In this document: positions 1 through 12,879 of the stretch, in pieces
How positions within the stretch are numbered: position 1 is the stretch's first letter
Layout of the letters: each line of letters opens with the position of its first letter
Source: Haliotis rubra
Taxonomy: Eukaryota
Length of the DNA stretch: 64,000 nt
NCBI RefSeq assembly: GCF_003918875.1
Contig: NW_025765499.1
Coordinates: 1-64,000, forward strand
Direction: 5' to 3'
Made by a program: the position numbers and the translations under genes
Notes under the pieces: generated by a model
The model's input: the letters and a program-made list of their open reading frames with translations, nothing else
Databases searched by the model: none
Told to the model about the DNA's origin: nothing

Positions 1-299
1 GTTAGAAACAACTTATAAGATATCAAGTGCCTTCAGGCATGGCTTTCATTTTCTAAATATTCGTGTGTTTTCGACAAAAGTGTGCACAATTAGGTTTTAA
101 TTTTTAACTTTATCTATAACCTCTGAGAAGTTCAATCCAGCTGAAGAAGGTGACAAGAAGGAGGAAGGTATAAAGCAAAGTGTGAAGGTAACATACAGGT
201 AGATGAACTGCACCACAACTTGCAGACTTGTGTTAAGGAACATAACTATGAATGACGCTCTGTCGAACCAAAATGGCCCTATCAGTAGGAGGAGAAAAT

Positions 300-1190
300 G
301 AATGAATTGAATTGTACTGGCTCAATTAAAATTTCATCGATGCTTTTTGAAATATGTTTCTTATAAGTAGATAACTAATGGGTTTGTATCCTGCGCGTTA
401 TATAACTGCAGGTCATTAACATAATGCCTTAGGTCCATACTTCACAATTCCACTGAAGTAGATTTGAATCGGTCATGAAGGTGCTATTGGAGATCGTTGA
501 CGTGAACGTGATGAGCTTGTTATGTTGCGGAAGGCAAGGGGTAACATCCATATCTAATGAAATTGATGGTTTGTTGTCTCCGTGCACACTCAACCAAACG
601 AGTGCCGTCCTGAACCTTGAAACATTCTTTTTCACCTCTTTCAGAAGTACTCTTTCAATCGCTTTGCTAAATAGCAAAGGAATTGAATTTCAAAGGAAGG
701 TCATTCCTCTGATTCCAACTGCTGAAAACCGTGCTTAAGGACTTGAATGTTGCTGAAAGTGGGAACATCTTTCATATCAGAAGAGAAATTCACAGCTTCC
801 AACCGTCTTTTCTTATCATAAGGTTTTAAACCAGAATGATTATGTGCCATGTTAATATCTTCAGCCGAGGTCGGACAACCTTGCTCCCCGACCACCACGA
901 ATTGTCGAGTGGAGAGACAGAGTTGTAATGCACCGGATATCCACGATGCCAACACTAGGGATACATGATTGTTATACTCCGGCAAGCATGACAAAATAGC
1001 AATATTTTGTACACTAATTCCAGTGTCTGACTGGTTTTGCAAGACGACTTGAAATCAGATACATATTGAATTTGGGGGTCAACGTCACCTCGATTGTCCA
1101 TTGAGCTACTGCCTTGTGGCATAGGACTCCCCAGGCAAATGTATGGTACAAAATGTCCATTAGTTATTATTCTTTCTTCTATTCAATTGT
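300..1190 (-). pseudogene. Possible decayed cGAS-like/Mab-21 nucleotidyltransferase gene
   Basis: Joining minus-strand frames across stops and frameshifts gives PMPQGSS..(x15)..SDF/xVVL (NTase GS...DhDh-like), later ISLDMDVTPCLP (like the third-Asp strand ISVDLVPAL), STFMTDSNLL and LSTYKKH (like LSSYxxK). These appear in Mab-21 order. Motif recognition only. Confidence 0.35.
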
Positions 1191-1693
1191 GCAAGAATTG
1201 GAACTTGAATGTATTACATGCACAGGGCATGTCGTGTTCAGACGATGGAGAGAACTGGGCGGTAAGGTGAAGTAAAGGGTTGTATAAGCATGTTATAATG
1301 ATGTGATATAGATGACACAATGACGTTTTCACAAATAATATTCACTATGAAGAGCGTCCTCTAAAATTAAGCTTTCATCCAACGGAATCCAAACGTCAGG
1401 CGTCTTGTCATTTTATTCGTAAGTGCACAAGTAATAGTTTTGTCTCGGACATATTCCTTGAACTCCAGATATAAATCCATTGTGAAATGGGGTCAAGTTA
1501 AACATTCTTGCAATATTTTTGCTCAGAAATCTATAGGCAGAAGAGCTAGGTATGAAAAAACAATCTCAAAATTAAACCATTGTTTAAATCTTAACCAACT
1601 CAATATGATTGGCAACAGCAATACGTTTGGCCAAGCATCAACAGTAACTGATGGTCAAACATACCAAAAATACGTGAACTATGTTTTTCACAC

Positions 1694-1911
1694 GATCGCC
1701 TCTGTGGTGTTGTGGTTAGAGCCTCCGCCCGGAGAGCGGAAGGTCGCGGGTTCGATCCCAGGCCGCACCATGCCACAAGACGTTAAATATGGTACTTGTT
1801 GATCCCTGCCTGGCGCTCGGCATTAAAGGGTACAACAAGGACTGGTCGGCTCTGAGTCAGTATACTGAGTGGGGTGTTCAAGTAAGACGTTAAACCCAAT
1901 TTCACCTCACC
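1694..1911 (+). mobile_element. tRNA-derived SINE (family A), internally deleted
   Basis: A box TGGTGTTGTGG and B box GGTTCGATCCC, (TCACC)n tail, 12-bp TSD TGTTTTTCACAC (1682-1693 / 1912-1923). Longer copies at 18619, 46005 and 54759. Confidence 0.85.
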
Positions 1912-2659
1912 TGTTTTTCACACAACATCAGTTGTTATTCAGGCGCATGCTTGCGTTTATCAATAAGTACATTATTCAGAATGGCTGAAATATTGCCGAT
2001 GTGACGTTAAATATTAACTCACTCACTTTAATAAAAGTCAGTCGTGGCTTCACATTTGCGTTTGCACTTTATATAAACAAATGAATATAACAGAAACAAT
2101 CAATTACACATTGTTAGACAATAGGTTTCACTGACACATAACACTGCATACACATCTGTCAATAATAAATGCATTTATATCTGGTTTGAACGAAGGACAA
2201 CATCAGCATTTAATACAATTCGTTTAGACAATGAAACAATAAATACACATGTGCAAGAGATCTGTTCCTCAAGAATCAACAGAAACTTTAGCTAAATCAT
2301 TGCTAGCGGTTGTCAACATACAATTAGAGGGAATAACAATTAGAAACTCAACATGGGCACACCGATATTGCTCCTTCCAACGGGTAATGTTTCGAAAGCT
2401 ATCTAATAAATATTTCGCACAAACCAACGTGGGTGGGCCCATAGTTGCTTAGCACTGACTTGATGGACACAGCAATGCAGCCTTGAAATTATGTCAGTGA
2501 CTCAGTTTTACGCTCCTTTTTGCAATTTAGCAATACCAAAATGTGGGGAATCGAGACTGGAATTCGGCATGAGGCACAGACGCTTTAAACACAGGGTACT
2601 ATTAACTTTCCCTCTGAAACTGATTAACATCAGCACGACAAATGAATTGTGAAATATGT

Positions 2660-2774
2660 GATGAGTGAGTGGGATTTTAGGTCGCTTTTTAGCAAGTACC
2701 CATGTAGGGAATCGAACCCGGGTCTTCGGCGTGACCAGCGAACGCTTTAACCACTAGGCTACCCCACCGCCCCG
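2660..2774 (-). mobile_element. tRNA-derived SINE (family B), partial
   Basis: Antisense tRNA head (GGAATCGAACCC...AACCACTAGGCTACCCCACCGCCCC) with (TCAC)n tail. Related copies near 46660, 47005, 49375, 57075 and 57780. Confidence 0.75.
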
Positions 2775-3242
2775 AAATATGGGAAGAATGTCGATAAGTA
2801 GCATACTATGTTCTTCTTTTAAACATCGCAATTCACTGTGGAGAGTTATGCTCCTTATCTGGTCCTTGTGCTGTTGCTGGTCGTGATCTAAGATTAAGCT
2901 AGTTTGTGATCCGAGGTACAGCAACAATTCTGCATACTACTGAAGGATTTCTATCTGGGTCCATCTGCAGACTGAGAACAAAATACCCCACAGATGCTTT
3001 CATCTGGATCCGAGCTTGAGCTTCCTTAGTTTCAAACGGAATGAAATCTGACGGAACCAGATCAGTGGAATAAGAAGGGTAATGAAAGAGTTTAGTTTGT
3101 TCACTGATTCATTGTGGTGATGGTGTGGAGGGCACACTTTCTTCCAACTTCCCACGACTCTCAGATTCAATGTATCTCCCGTCACTTGTATGTTTGTAGA
3201 TATATCGCAAACAGATGATCTGCTCCAGATTCTATATTACTT

Positions 3243-3582
3243 AGCTGACTGAGGAAAGCCATAAAGTCCGTCATAAGTTTGTTTCCATGCAGGAAGCAAA
3301 TGTGCTGTAAGTCCCCATGGTCTCTTGAATGGTGATCTACCTTTGGTTGTTGGCAATCTATAGTCTATATGTTTGTATAGTGTACTGTTCACTTTAATAA
3401 TATCGTTTTATGATAACATGTTAGTTTTACTTTAATATCTGTGATACACTAGTAGTTTTACTGTTCTTCGTCAACAGGCTTTTAATTCTAATTTTATTGA
3501 TCTATGATATAATAACTAATTGTTCTCATCACGACATGGCTGAAATATTACCAATGTAACGATAAATATTAACTCACTCACT
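3243..3582 (+). mobile_element. 3' end of a LINE (probably I/Nimb-type)
   Basis: Recurrent block CCATGCAGG..GTAAGTCCCCATGG..GGTGATCTACC..ATGGCTGAAATATT..AACTCACTCAC. Other copies at 10430-10905, 13871-14228 and 26257-26566. Confidence 0.6.
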
Positions 3583-3812
3583 AATACATTTGTTACAAAA
3601 ACATTAAAACATATTATTATATTGACTTTAAGCACATACTTAGGTAAATAGTTACCTTGTTACAACAACAGTCAATGCCACATGAGTCTATATACCAACC
3701 ATATACATTGACTACATCAAAAAAGCAAATTTTTGAAGTGGAAATTACACTTGAGGCATTCCCTCAGACAGTCAGGAGGACATTGAATGTCTACCTCCAG
3801 ACTCAGTCCTTC

Positions 3813-4941
3813 CTATACACAAAACACCAGCAGGGACATCAGAGCCAGCACCAAGAACACCATGAACAAGACGCGTTTTGTTCGGCAGTCATTTTGAGGC
3901 GGACTTCGAATGTGGGCGTTCAGTGCTGTTCGTGGTTACTTCATCATTCATTGGCTGTACACCTGTCTCGGACTTAAACAGAAGGCTGTTACTGCGAACA
4001 TTGAGGCTGGCCATAGTGGTAATGATAGCCAGGCAACTCTGGCAGATGACAAGGGTCAGGTACACTGAGAGCCGACACACGTCTCCGGACTTTGGGATTG
4101 AGTCATTGACGAAGTTCATGAACACTGCATATGACACAAATATGGAGATGAGGTAGAACATCTTCTCTCCGGAGTCAGCTGGTAGGAGGAACACACAGGC
4201 GTTGAGCAGAGAGAGAAGAGTCATGGGAAAGATGATACTCACTATATAGAACATGCTCTTGCGTTTCAAACAAAAATCAAATTTCACCAAATTTGGGATC
4301 CGTCCCATCGGTACATCTTCAACGTAGGCATATAGGTCAACCAACTTCCATTCATTGTTCCCTATGAAGAATGTCGGTACTCCCCCCATAATCGAGCCAG
4401 CCATATCAACTCCAAGATAAAAGTTACCCGACGGCATTAACATCATGCTGCATTGTTGCTCATCAAAGGGGTTCATGGTGATGTCTATCTGACAACTGGT
4501 CTTGAAAGTGTCAGTAATAATAACTGATGCTTCTCCGTTGTTTTGAATCAGTGAAGATTTTACTGAATCCAGTCTTACCTCGTCGATACCATTAGGGATG
4601 ACAACAGAAGGAACCCGCACGTAATCTGCAGATATGGTCACGTTTTCAATATCATCATATTCAGTTTTGTTCCAAGCCAGGGTTTGGTCGAGCCATATCA
4701 TGTTGACACCAGCACTAAAAGTGAAAGTCTGTTCTGCTGCATTGAGACTGGAGATGGACATTGGCAGTATACTAATGTTCACCTGTTTGCCATCAGTGAG
4801 GGCCAGAGCAATACCAGCAGATGAGTTTTCCCCTTGGATATATGATAGGAGTCTTCTTAATGTTGGCTGGGTTCTATTGTTCGGATTGGCGCTTGATAAG
4901 ACAACGAGTGAAAGTAGTGCTAACGCCGACATGAAATGCAT
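3813..4941 (-). pseudogene. Intronless divergent Cys-loop ligand-gated ion channel subunit (nAChR-like), copy A, with a 1-bp frameshift before M4 (pseudogene or assembly error)
   Basis: Signal peptide, Cys-loop CQIDITMNPFDEQQC, NNEW, M1-M3 with LPADSGEK. The ORF stops at 3889, but removing one base from the T4 run at 3892-3895 restores SNDCRTKRVLFMVFLVLALMSLLVFCV* ending at 3813, matching copy B's M4. Confidence 0.85.
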
Positions 4942-5639
4942 GATGTCACTGTACAGTGGTGATGCGCAGAATGGTTTGCTTTGATGTGCATGTGTTGTTT
5001 CAGTTCATCCGTTGCTTAGGTTACCGAACGACATCTATTTGGACCATACACTACCCCTATGCTGGAATATCAAATCACACCGATGCATTAAACAAGGAAT
5101 AATAGGTAAGTGCTTCACAAACAGATCTATACTTGTGCTCTTCCTGTGAAACTGCCTGCCTCCACCTTCTGCAAGCAGGGGGCTATCACTTTACATTGAA
5201 TCACTCAGTTATGCAATAATAATCAAAATGGTTATGCCATGGGAACAATTTCACGCTATTAATATTGCTGTTGTAGTTGACATGGTCAATAGATTATTTG
5301 CTCACACGTCATAGGTGGTGTTTGCCTCAGCATTTCCTGCGCAAGAGTTGTTTCCAGCACGGAAATGTATTGTATATTCAATGTCTTTGCTAAAACATTT
5401 TGAAATGAGAACTGTCATATTTTAACTTTTGTAAATGAACATTATTGTTTGTTTCTGCTATTGTATATTGATTGAGATAATGTGTCACCGGTAGAGAATA
5501 TATATTCTCTTTACTTCGACAACAGTATGTGCACGAAACATTTATCTGTTAAGTTTTAAAGGTATAAGAATCGTTCCACAATGGCTCAAAAGTGTCTATC
5601 TAATAAATACATGTTTATCAAAGATGGCAGTTGGTTAGT

Positions 5640-5835
5640 TTGTTGGTTGTCTTCCTGTTTGACACCGCAATCAGTAACATTCCAGCTATATGGCGGTCAG
5701 TAAATAATAGAGTTTGGACCAGATCAACAGCATGAGCATCGATGACATGTGTCAAACAAGTCAGCAAGTCTGACCAACCGATCCCGTTAGTCTCATGGGT
5801 TACTGAAGACCAATTCTAACCCGGATCTTCATTTG
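5640..5835 (-). mobile_element. SINE family C, partial
   Basis: CCAGCTATATGGCGG..GGACCAGA..ACATGTGTCAA..GATCCCGTTAGTC..AACCCGGATCTTCA. Copies at 12986, 43590, 45180, 45830 and 58260. Confidence 0.7.
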
Positions 5836-6269
5836 TAGATAAAGTACGAGCCCAATGATCTCCATAGGTCAAGTCTCTTCAACTAGTTGCTACCAATTCA
5901 CTTAAAAAACAGCCATTACAACCTCGTCTTTGACACCAACCCGGATCTTCACGGTTAAGTTGAAGTAATGTACTTATGTCATGGAAGTAATATGGAGTCC
6001 ACGTAATAATAAATCCTGTTTTGAAATATGTATTTCATATATAATCCAACGACCTTATCTATTATCGCCCTTAACTGATACCATTATGAATTGAAGTCTT
6101 CATATAAAATGTAATGCATTGCGAACAGAAATACCAGTTACTGATGAATTCGGCTCACTCCTTTTAGACAGGCATGTAGACCTAAAAGGACATTAAACGT
6201 CCTATGTTTGCATTTACTACAGACACGCTGACTTAGTAATTCATCCTTTGTGCCCTGGAGTTTAATGAC

Positions 6270-9080
6270 AGAGAGAGAGAGAGAGAGAGAGAGAGTCTTT
6301 ATTTCCTCCAGACGATCATCCGAAGATCAAACATATTATATACATGTAGATACAACAAACAGGCAAAGTTACAAAATTGATATAGATGTATATACAATTA
6401 TATTAATCAAGATGAATACCTAAAGCTACAATTTACATAAGAACATACATGTATAAGTGTATACAATTAATTTATACAAGAAACAGTGGACATATATCAT
6501 TATAAATCTGCAGAGATCAATCAGTGTAACATTGTAGGAGATGTCGTCTTATTCGGTAAATGTATAAAGAAAATCGTAAAATGATTGTTTCCTATGTCCC
6601 TTGATCAACAGTATCATTAAAAACAGTTTCACCTCCAAATAGAAAAGAGAGCATGTCGAGTTCATCCTGTGATTCAAAGGCAACATAGGTGTCCACATCA
6701 AGATTGTCAATCATAAACACAAAAAAATCGTTTCTCTCAGTGTGAAGTTGTTCACAGTGTAGGAGTATATGAAAATCATAATCATAAGTATATTTGTTGC
6801 ATAGGTTACATTCTTTAGATATTTTGCCACGTGATGAGATTTTAATACATATTTGGAGGGCAGATTTATAATTGGGATGCAAGTATGCCAATTGCCAGAG
6901 GATATGATAGTTTAACTTGGAATGGACCCGTGCATAAAGCGTCATGTTTGTATTAATTGAGGTTTGCATAACCCATCTGTGTTCTTCATAGCTATGTACA
7001 GATGTATTTACAATTTTTCGCCATTCGTACTTTGGAGGGAATACACCTTCTTTAATATATTTATCTATGTGTACATGTAAATTATATTTGTAGAGTACTG
7101 ATAGTAGATCATCACAGATTGAAGGGGATTTTGTAGATGTGGTTATTGCTGCACAAAATATGTTTTTGGCAAAATTATTACAAGAGATTTTGCATAGACG
7201 TCCAAGAAAAATGAGTTTACATTTGTCGATGTAACCAATGAGTGTCCACAATCCCAGATTTGCAATAGTAGAGTCTGTTGGTGATCTTTTATCGAGCCCC
7301 TGGCCAATACGAGCAAAATATCGTTGTGTAACTTCAAGTGCATCGGCTTGTTGACCTCTAATGTTAGGTAATATTTCACAGCCATAGAGACTTGTTGTAA
7401 GTATCATTCTCAGCCAGATTTTGACGCATGTGAATGGATGGAGTTGAGAGTGATGAAGTCCCACAGATCTTAGGGAATTTATGTTTTGTCTTGCTTTCTG
7501 GCAATACCTAACGATTCTTGTTTTTGTTGAGAGATTATCAGTTAGGAGAACACCTCCATAGGTAGTTGATTCAGACTGGGAGATAGGCGTATCACCAAGG
7601 CGGTACTGGAAGTTAGAACAAGTGGATTTTCGTTTGCTGAAGACAACTATAGTACTTTTAGCTGGGTTGTAGGTCAAACGCCATTTGGAGGCATATGACG
7701 ACACGATGTCTAATGATGATTGTAAACCTTTAGGTGATGCACTAATAAGCGTGATATCGTCAGCAAGCAAGACTGCAGGAACATGCATACCGTATACACA
7801 AATACCACAACTGGCTTCTCTGAGAGAAGTGATAAGGTCATTTATAAAAATAAGGAAGAACCAAGCTGAAATAACTCTTCCTTGGCCAACACCTTGCTTG
7901 ACACAATATGTATCTGATCTCTCGCCCTGGTAACAAACAAAGGATTCGCTATGAGTATAACAGTGATATAAAAGATTTCAGGTATTGCCGCTTATACCAA
8001 TTTCATGCAATTTATAAAACAATCCATCGTGCCAGATTCTGTCAAAGGCTTTTGCAATGTCAAGAAAGGCAGAGAAAACAGCAGAATCTCTATGCATATA
8101 AAATTGAATACTTTCCATGAGCGTGAATACAGACATAATGGCTCCATGTTGGCGTCGAAAGCCAAATTGTAACATATCCGGAAAATCTGGCCTTGATTTT
8201 GTTAATTTATGTTCGATTCTTTTAAGAAGGAGCTTTTCAAAAAGCTTACCGAGACAAGATGTTAAGGTGATACCTCTGTAATTTCGTGGGTCACTTTTGT
8301 CTTTTTTGCCTTTATATATTGGTATAACCATACCGAGTCTATATTCCTTTGGGACATATTGAGAGGTAGTGATAGCATTGAATAGTTTGCATAGATGGGT
8401 GGTGATAAAGATGATGTGTTCATTTGTAATTCTATCAGGGCCAGGTGATTTGTTTTTACTCAGAGATTTAATGGCATCCTTAACTTCACTGAAGGAGAAA
8501 TCCTTTTCAAGTTCTTCACCATAGTCGTCATGGGAGATTTTTATATCAGTAACCTTTTTAGATACATGATCTTTAAAGTCAGAGTCAAATTTATCTGACT
8601 CGTGTGGTTGAGCTAAATCTGAGAAATATTTCCCCCAAATTCTACAAATGTCAAGGGGTGTTGATCCACTCGCTTCCCCGTATGTAAGAACTGGGACATT
8701 AGTAACAGTTGCTCTCTGTTTTCGAATGTTTTTATAAAAAGAGTTTACATCCATTTCAGCTGAAGCTTAGATTTCTTTCAGCATTTCATTTCTATTATGC
8801 CTTTTGGATTGTCGGATTATGTGCGCTTTGAAAGCTGAGTTGCTTCCATCGGAAAAGATGACATCTATAATCTTCAAAAGAAGTAGGGGAACCTGAACTT
8901 TCAATTTGAATAGGAAGGATAAGCGTTATCAAAGTTTTCAAAGACAGACGTCTTATGAACACACCACCATTTCTCTTTATCACCAACCCTGAACAAAACT
9001 CATTGGATTCACGTGCACAATGCAGTAGGCCCAAACACGTGCATGGGGTGTCCTTCTTGATTTTGACGGTTTTCAAGAAG
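6270..9080 (-). mobile_element. 5'-truncated non-LTR retrotransposon (RTE-X/CR1-group-like), frameshifted RT
   Basis: ORFs 7978-8754 (KSPGPD, NYRGITL, QFGFR, FLDIAKAFDRIWH) and 6592-7788 (LLADD, C-terminal CxxC...HxxxxC). AATAAA and a (TC)n tail at about 6270-6304. Confidence 0.9.
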
Positions 9081-9999
9081 GTCGATAGATCACTATAGCT
9101 AGACCATTAATTTTGACAATCATCTTACATCACACTGTTGTTCATGTTTGTTTCTAGCTGTGTTTTTGTTGTTGTTTGAAAATAAAAATCGTACTCATGT
9201 AAATTTCACATCATACATCATCATTTTTCAAGAGCGATTACTGTACAAACAACTATGGTCATAAGGAAGTGCAAGTGGTGATGAACTCTCAAAACATTCA
9301 TTATTATCATGTCACCATTGACTGACTCCGATATATCTCAATCTTTTAATCGTGAATCGTGAATCTTTAAAAATAAAGTTCCCCTACTTTCTGTAAGAGT
9401 ATACTGGAATAAGGAAGAATAAGAGTATTATTATAGAAGGCATGGAGGCATGTTTTCAGTATTATGGTGTTTTTCCCAACGATACTGCCTCGTGAGTTGT
9501 CTTATGTATGTGGATGTGGAAAGGGTTTTGTCGCTTCTATTTTACTGGATGTAATCAGATGATTTTAGATTAAATATGAGTATGAATGAAACATAAATAT
9601 ATACGGAAATACAAAAACAAAAGCTCAGATGTTTAAATGGACAATCTGTCGTCTTAAAGTCGATCTTCCTACCCATGCTAACACTTACAGTAATAGTAAG
9701 TGAGTTCAAATTTTACATCTCATCGGCAATATTACAGCCATAAAGCGATGGTTACAAGTTAGTTATAATTGAATACTAGTCTGCAAAGGACAACAAAACA
9801 GGAATGTTTCACATTTTACTTTTCACACATCTAGTTTTCCGCCAAATTATTTATGGTACACTAAAATAAGGTTATAGACTACAGTACCAAAGTAAGAACA
9901 CGTTAACGGGAATCATGGGTACTACTGCTTCCTGTATGTGGTTGTATGGAATGAAGTCTATAAAAACCACCGAAATGCTATCTAGGAATTAAATTAACA

Positions 10000-11810
10000 C
10001 ACTGGTCGTTTAATATAATAATGAAATAATAATTAATATAAACATGCTAAGTATGTAGATATCGCCTTTGAAATGTCTCGCTTGCATCCCAAGTACATTG
10101 TCGTCAGACTCCCCATTGTTCTCGGTGCCCTTGGTTTCGTTCCTCCTGATCTTTTGGCACAGATCAGGAGAGTGTCCGGGTTCTCCACCGGGAGCACAGC
10201 CCTTCTGACACTCTGGGTAATGCAGAGGGCTGCAGTGTTGGGGAGTCTTCATATTCTCCGGAAAGTTCTTGGTGGTTCGAGTACAGGACCTTTTTAATAA
10301 AGTTAATTTTCATTTAATCATTGATTTTTTTAAAAGAGATAGACATGAATTTTGATATATGTTTTGTAAATAGATAAAGTTTAATAATTGGTAGTTCAGA
10401 TTATCAACTTAGATTGTTAGTGGCTGTATCCTCAAAGGGGGTTGAAGTAGCGTAAAATTATTGTCCTCCTGAGAGGGTACGTAAGTCCCAAAAACTTCAC
10501 GAATTTTCACGAACCAAGTTTTTAAACGTAGTATTTTTGTTCTTTCAAATTTCGGCTAAATTTTCCTACAATCGCCAGCGGCTGAAAGGATGGTATAAAT
10601 CCAGCTAGGCTCCATGCAGGTAGCAAAAGTAATGTAAGTCCCCATGGTTCCTAGTATGGTGATCTACCTTCAGATGCTGGCGATCTGTAGCCTGTGTTTT
10701 ATATTGTATTGTCTTCTTTAATTACACTGTTTTAGTTTTAGATGCTAGTTTTATGTTCATTTCTGTGATACTCTAGTACTTTTTTACTCTCCATCGTTGA
10801 CAGGTTTAACTCTTCACAATGTTTTCATTTTTGTATTGTATAAATTGTTTTCGTCACGATATGGCTGAGCTAATGCCGATGTGACGTTAAATATTAACTT
10901 ACTCTATCACTTGGTGGTTCGACTAGGCAGCGTTTCCTGGGAGAAGTCCCATACGCTGTCTGGGCTGCGTCTACATGGGGCAAGGGCCCTGAGCTGATGA
11001 TGAGCCTTACCAGCCTGACTGTGCATGGATCACCCGAACCCTCTCCGCTGCATACTATCTTTAATCTGTAAAAGATAATAATCATAATAATAATCAATTC
11101 GTATATGCCAATCAATTCTTATACGCCAATCAATTCTGGAAGTCGGGGTTTGATTAAAATGGAGGCTCTTCATGATATAATTTTATTGTGTACTTTTGCA
11201 CATATTTATTCACCGGATGATCCTCTGGTGATGCATGTTAAGACTCATGATGAACGCAAGAAATTCCACAGCTATTTTAAGCGTGCCAAGGTTGTTGGAC
11301 AGAATCTGAAATTTGAGGTTGATTTTGTCGATGGCGATGTACTGCTTGACGGTACAGCGATGGACGTAAACCAGGTAAAATTCTTCACCAAGTCTGCTCA
11401 GAGTCGGTCATTTGTGGAGAAGCTTTATGAAAAATACATTGCATCGTGTGTACATGAAGTGTGTAGACAGAACATTAATCCGACGGACGCCTTCGCCTGG
11501 ATGAAGTCGGCTGGTCTTAAACGTGAAACTGAAGGGCTTTCTATTTGCTGCTCAAGACCAGTCACTTCCCACTCGCAACCCCCAAGATTGGCAAGATTCA
11601 GGAAAAGCTCGCCTTTGAAATGTCTCGCAAACTCCCAAGTACACTGTCGTCAGGCTCCCATCGTTCTCGGTGCGGCCATTCGCTGTCTGGGCTGTGTGTA
11701 GAGGGGGCAAGGGCCCTGAGCTGATGATGAACCTTACCAGCCTGACTGTGCAAGGATCACCCGAACACTCTCTGCAGCATATTATCTTTAATCTGTAAAT
11801 CATAATAATA
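10000..11810 (+). mobile_element. R4/Dong-like (RLE-type) retrotransposon remnants, two 3' ends
   Basis: WMKSAGLKRETEG..(AAQDQ) in 11105-11701 and C-terminal PIVLGALG..MQRAAVLGSLHILRKVLG in 10073-10297. Duplicated 3' UTR ending in (TAA)n at about 11090 and 11805. The first copy is split by a LINE 3' fragment (about 10290-10905). Confidence 0.65.
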
Positions 11811-12639
11811 AAGAAATGAAATTGATTTATTAAATGAAGCTATTTTTTTAAATCTTTCTGCGGACTGTTCGTTACATGAAGTAAATTGCTTTGTCTTTGC
11901 TGCCGTACACACATTGGAGGTAGTTCACACAGTTTCCAAGGAACAAAACACCCAATGATAATACACCAGAGAAAAACCGGTTTCTAGTAAAACTTAATTA
12001 AACTTAAAGAAACATATAAGACAACGAAAGAAAAGATACATCCTAGTTGCTGTTTCTGTTACAATACGTGTCATCACCATCAGAGGGAGATCAGTTTACA
12101 CTGAGTCATTCAGTCATGCACACATGCCTTCTGCATCTACCCTCATTAGAGAATATTAGCATCAACCACTTTTATGGACGGACACAAAGCTAAAAAAACC
12201 CATTTGATTAATCTTTGCTGTTACTGCAATATTACCAGAGTTTGTCAATCACAGAAGTGTAGTGTGTGTGGAGATTATGTGCCATCGGTAGAAAATTCAG
12301 TGGACTTGATTTAAATTTCAGTTGCTTAATCCACATACCTATAATATATTCTTAAAACTGCTTTGTTATAGTTCATACGATTACCTCTTTGAATTGTTCG
12401 AGACAAAAGCATTGCCGCATTTCTATCGTGATGAATTACGTCCCTTGCATGATCGTACGTTTGCATTCGTACGAAGAGTTCGTAAAAGTATATAAACTAC
12501 CGGGCAAAAGAAAGTTATCACCGACTTCACTTGACCAAAAATAGAAACAAAGACGTATGTGAGATTTATTATAACTATTTTACAAACACAAAACATTTTC
12601 CAATAATTCGAGTGAAAATTCATTGTAATACTGATCTTG

Positions 12640-12875
12640 CATTTGGGCCAATGTATTTAGAAAGAGTCAAGAGATCAAAATTAGAAATTTCATAAATCAG
12701 AGTTTATTCAAAAAGTGCATAAAGAGTCACATAATGAGACATGTGTCAGGGGCATGTCATCAATAGCGAGTGTGACCATCCTAGGCATCCATTCACACCA
12801 ACACAGTTCTCAACATTGACGTTTGCAGGAATCCTGTTCCATAAGTCCAAGAGGGATTGTTTGAGTTCCTGTCGG
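12640..12875 (-). mobile_element. Tc1/mariner transposase C-terminal remnant
   Basis: Minus strand encodes GHTRY* (GGTCACACTCGCTATTGA), a typical Tc1 C-terminus. Confidence 0.45.
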
Positions 12876-12879
12876 TTCC

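Noticed and set aside
2840-3240. Possible LRR-like pseudo-exon (LSFLSFKRNEI, RNQISGI)
   Set aside because: Multiple stops and only one or two weak repeats; cannot be supported.
4634-4984. Plus-strand ORFs overlapping the receptor genes (also 3657-4156 and 21534-21843)
   Set aside because: Antisense shadows of the real CDSs.
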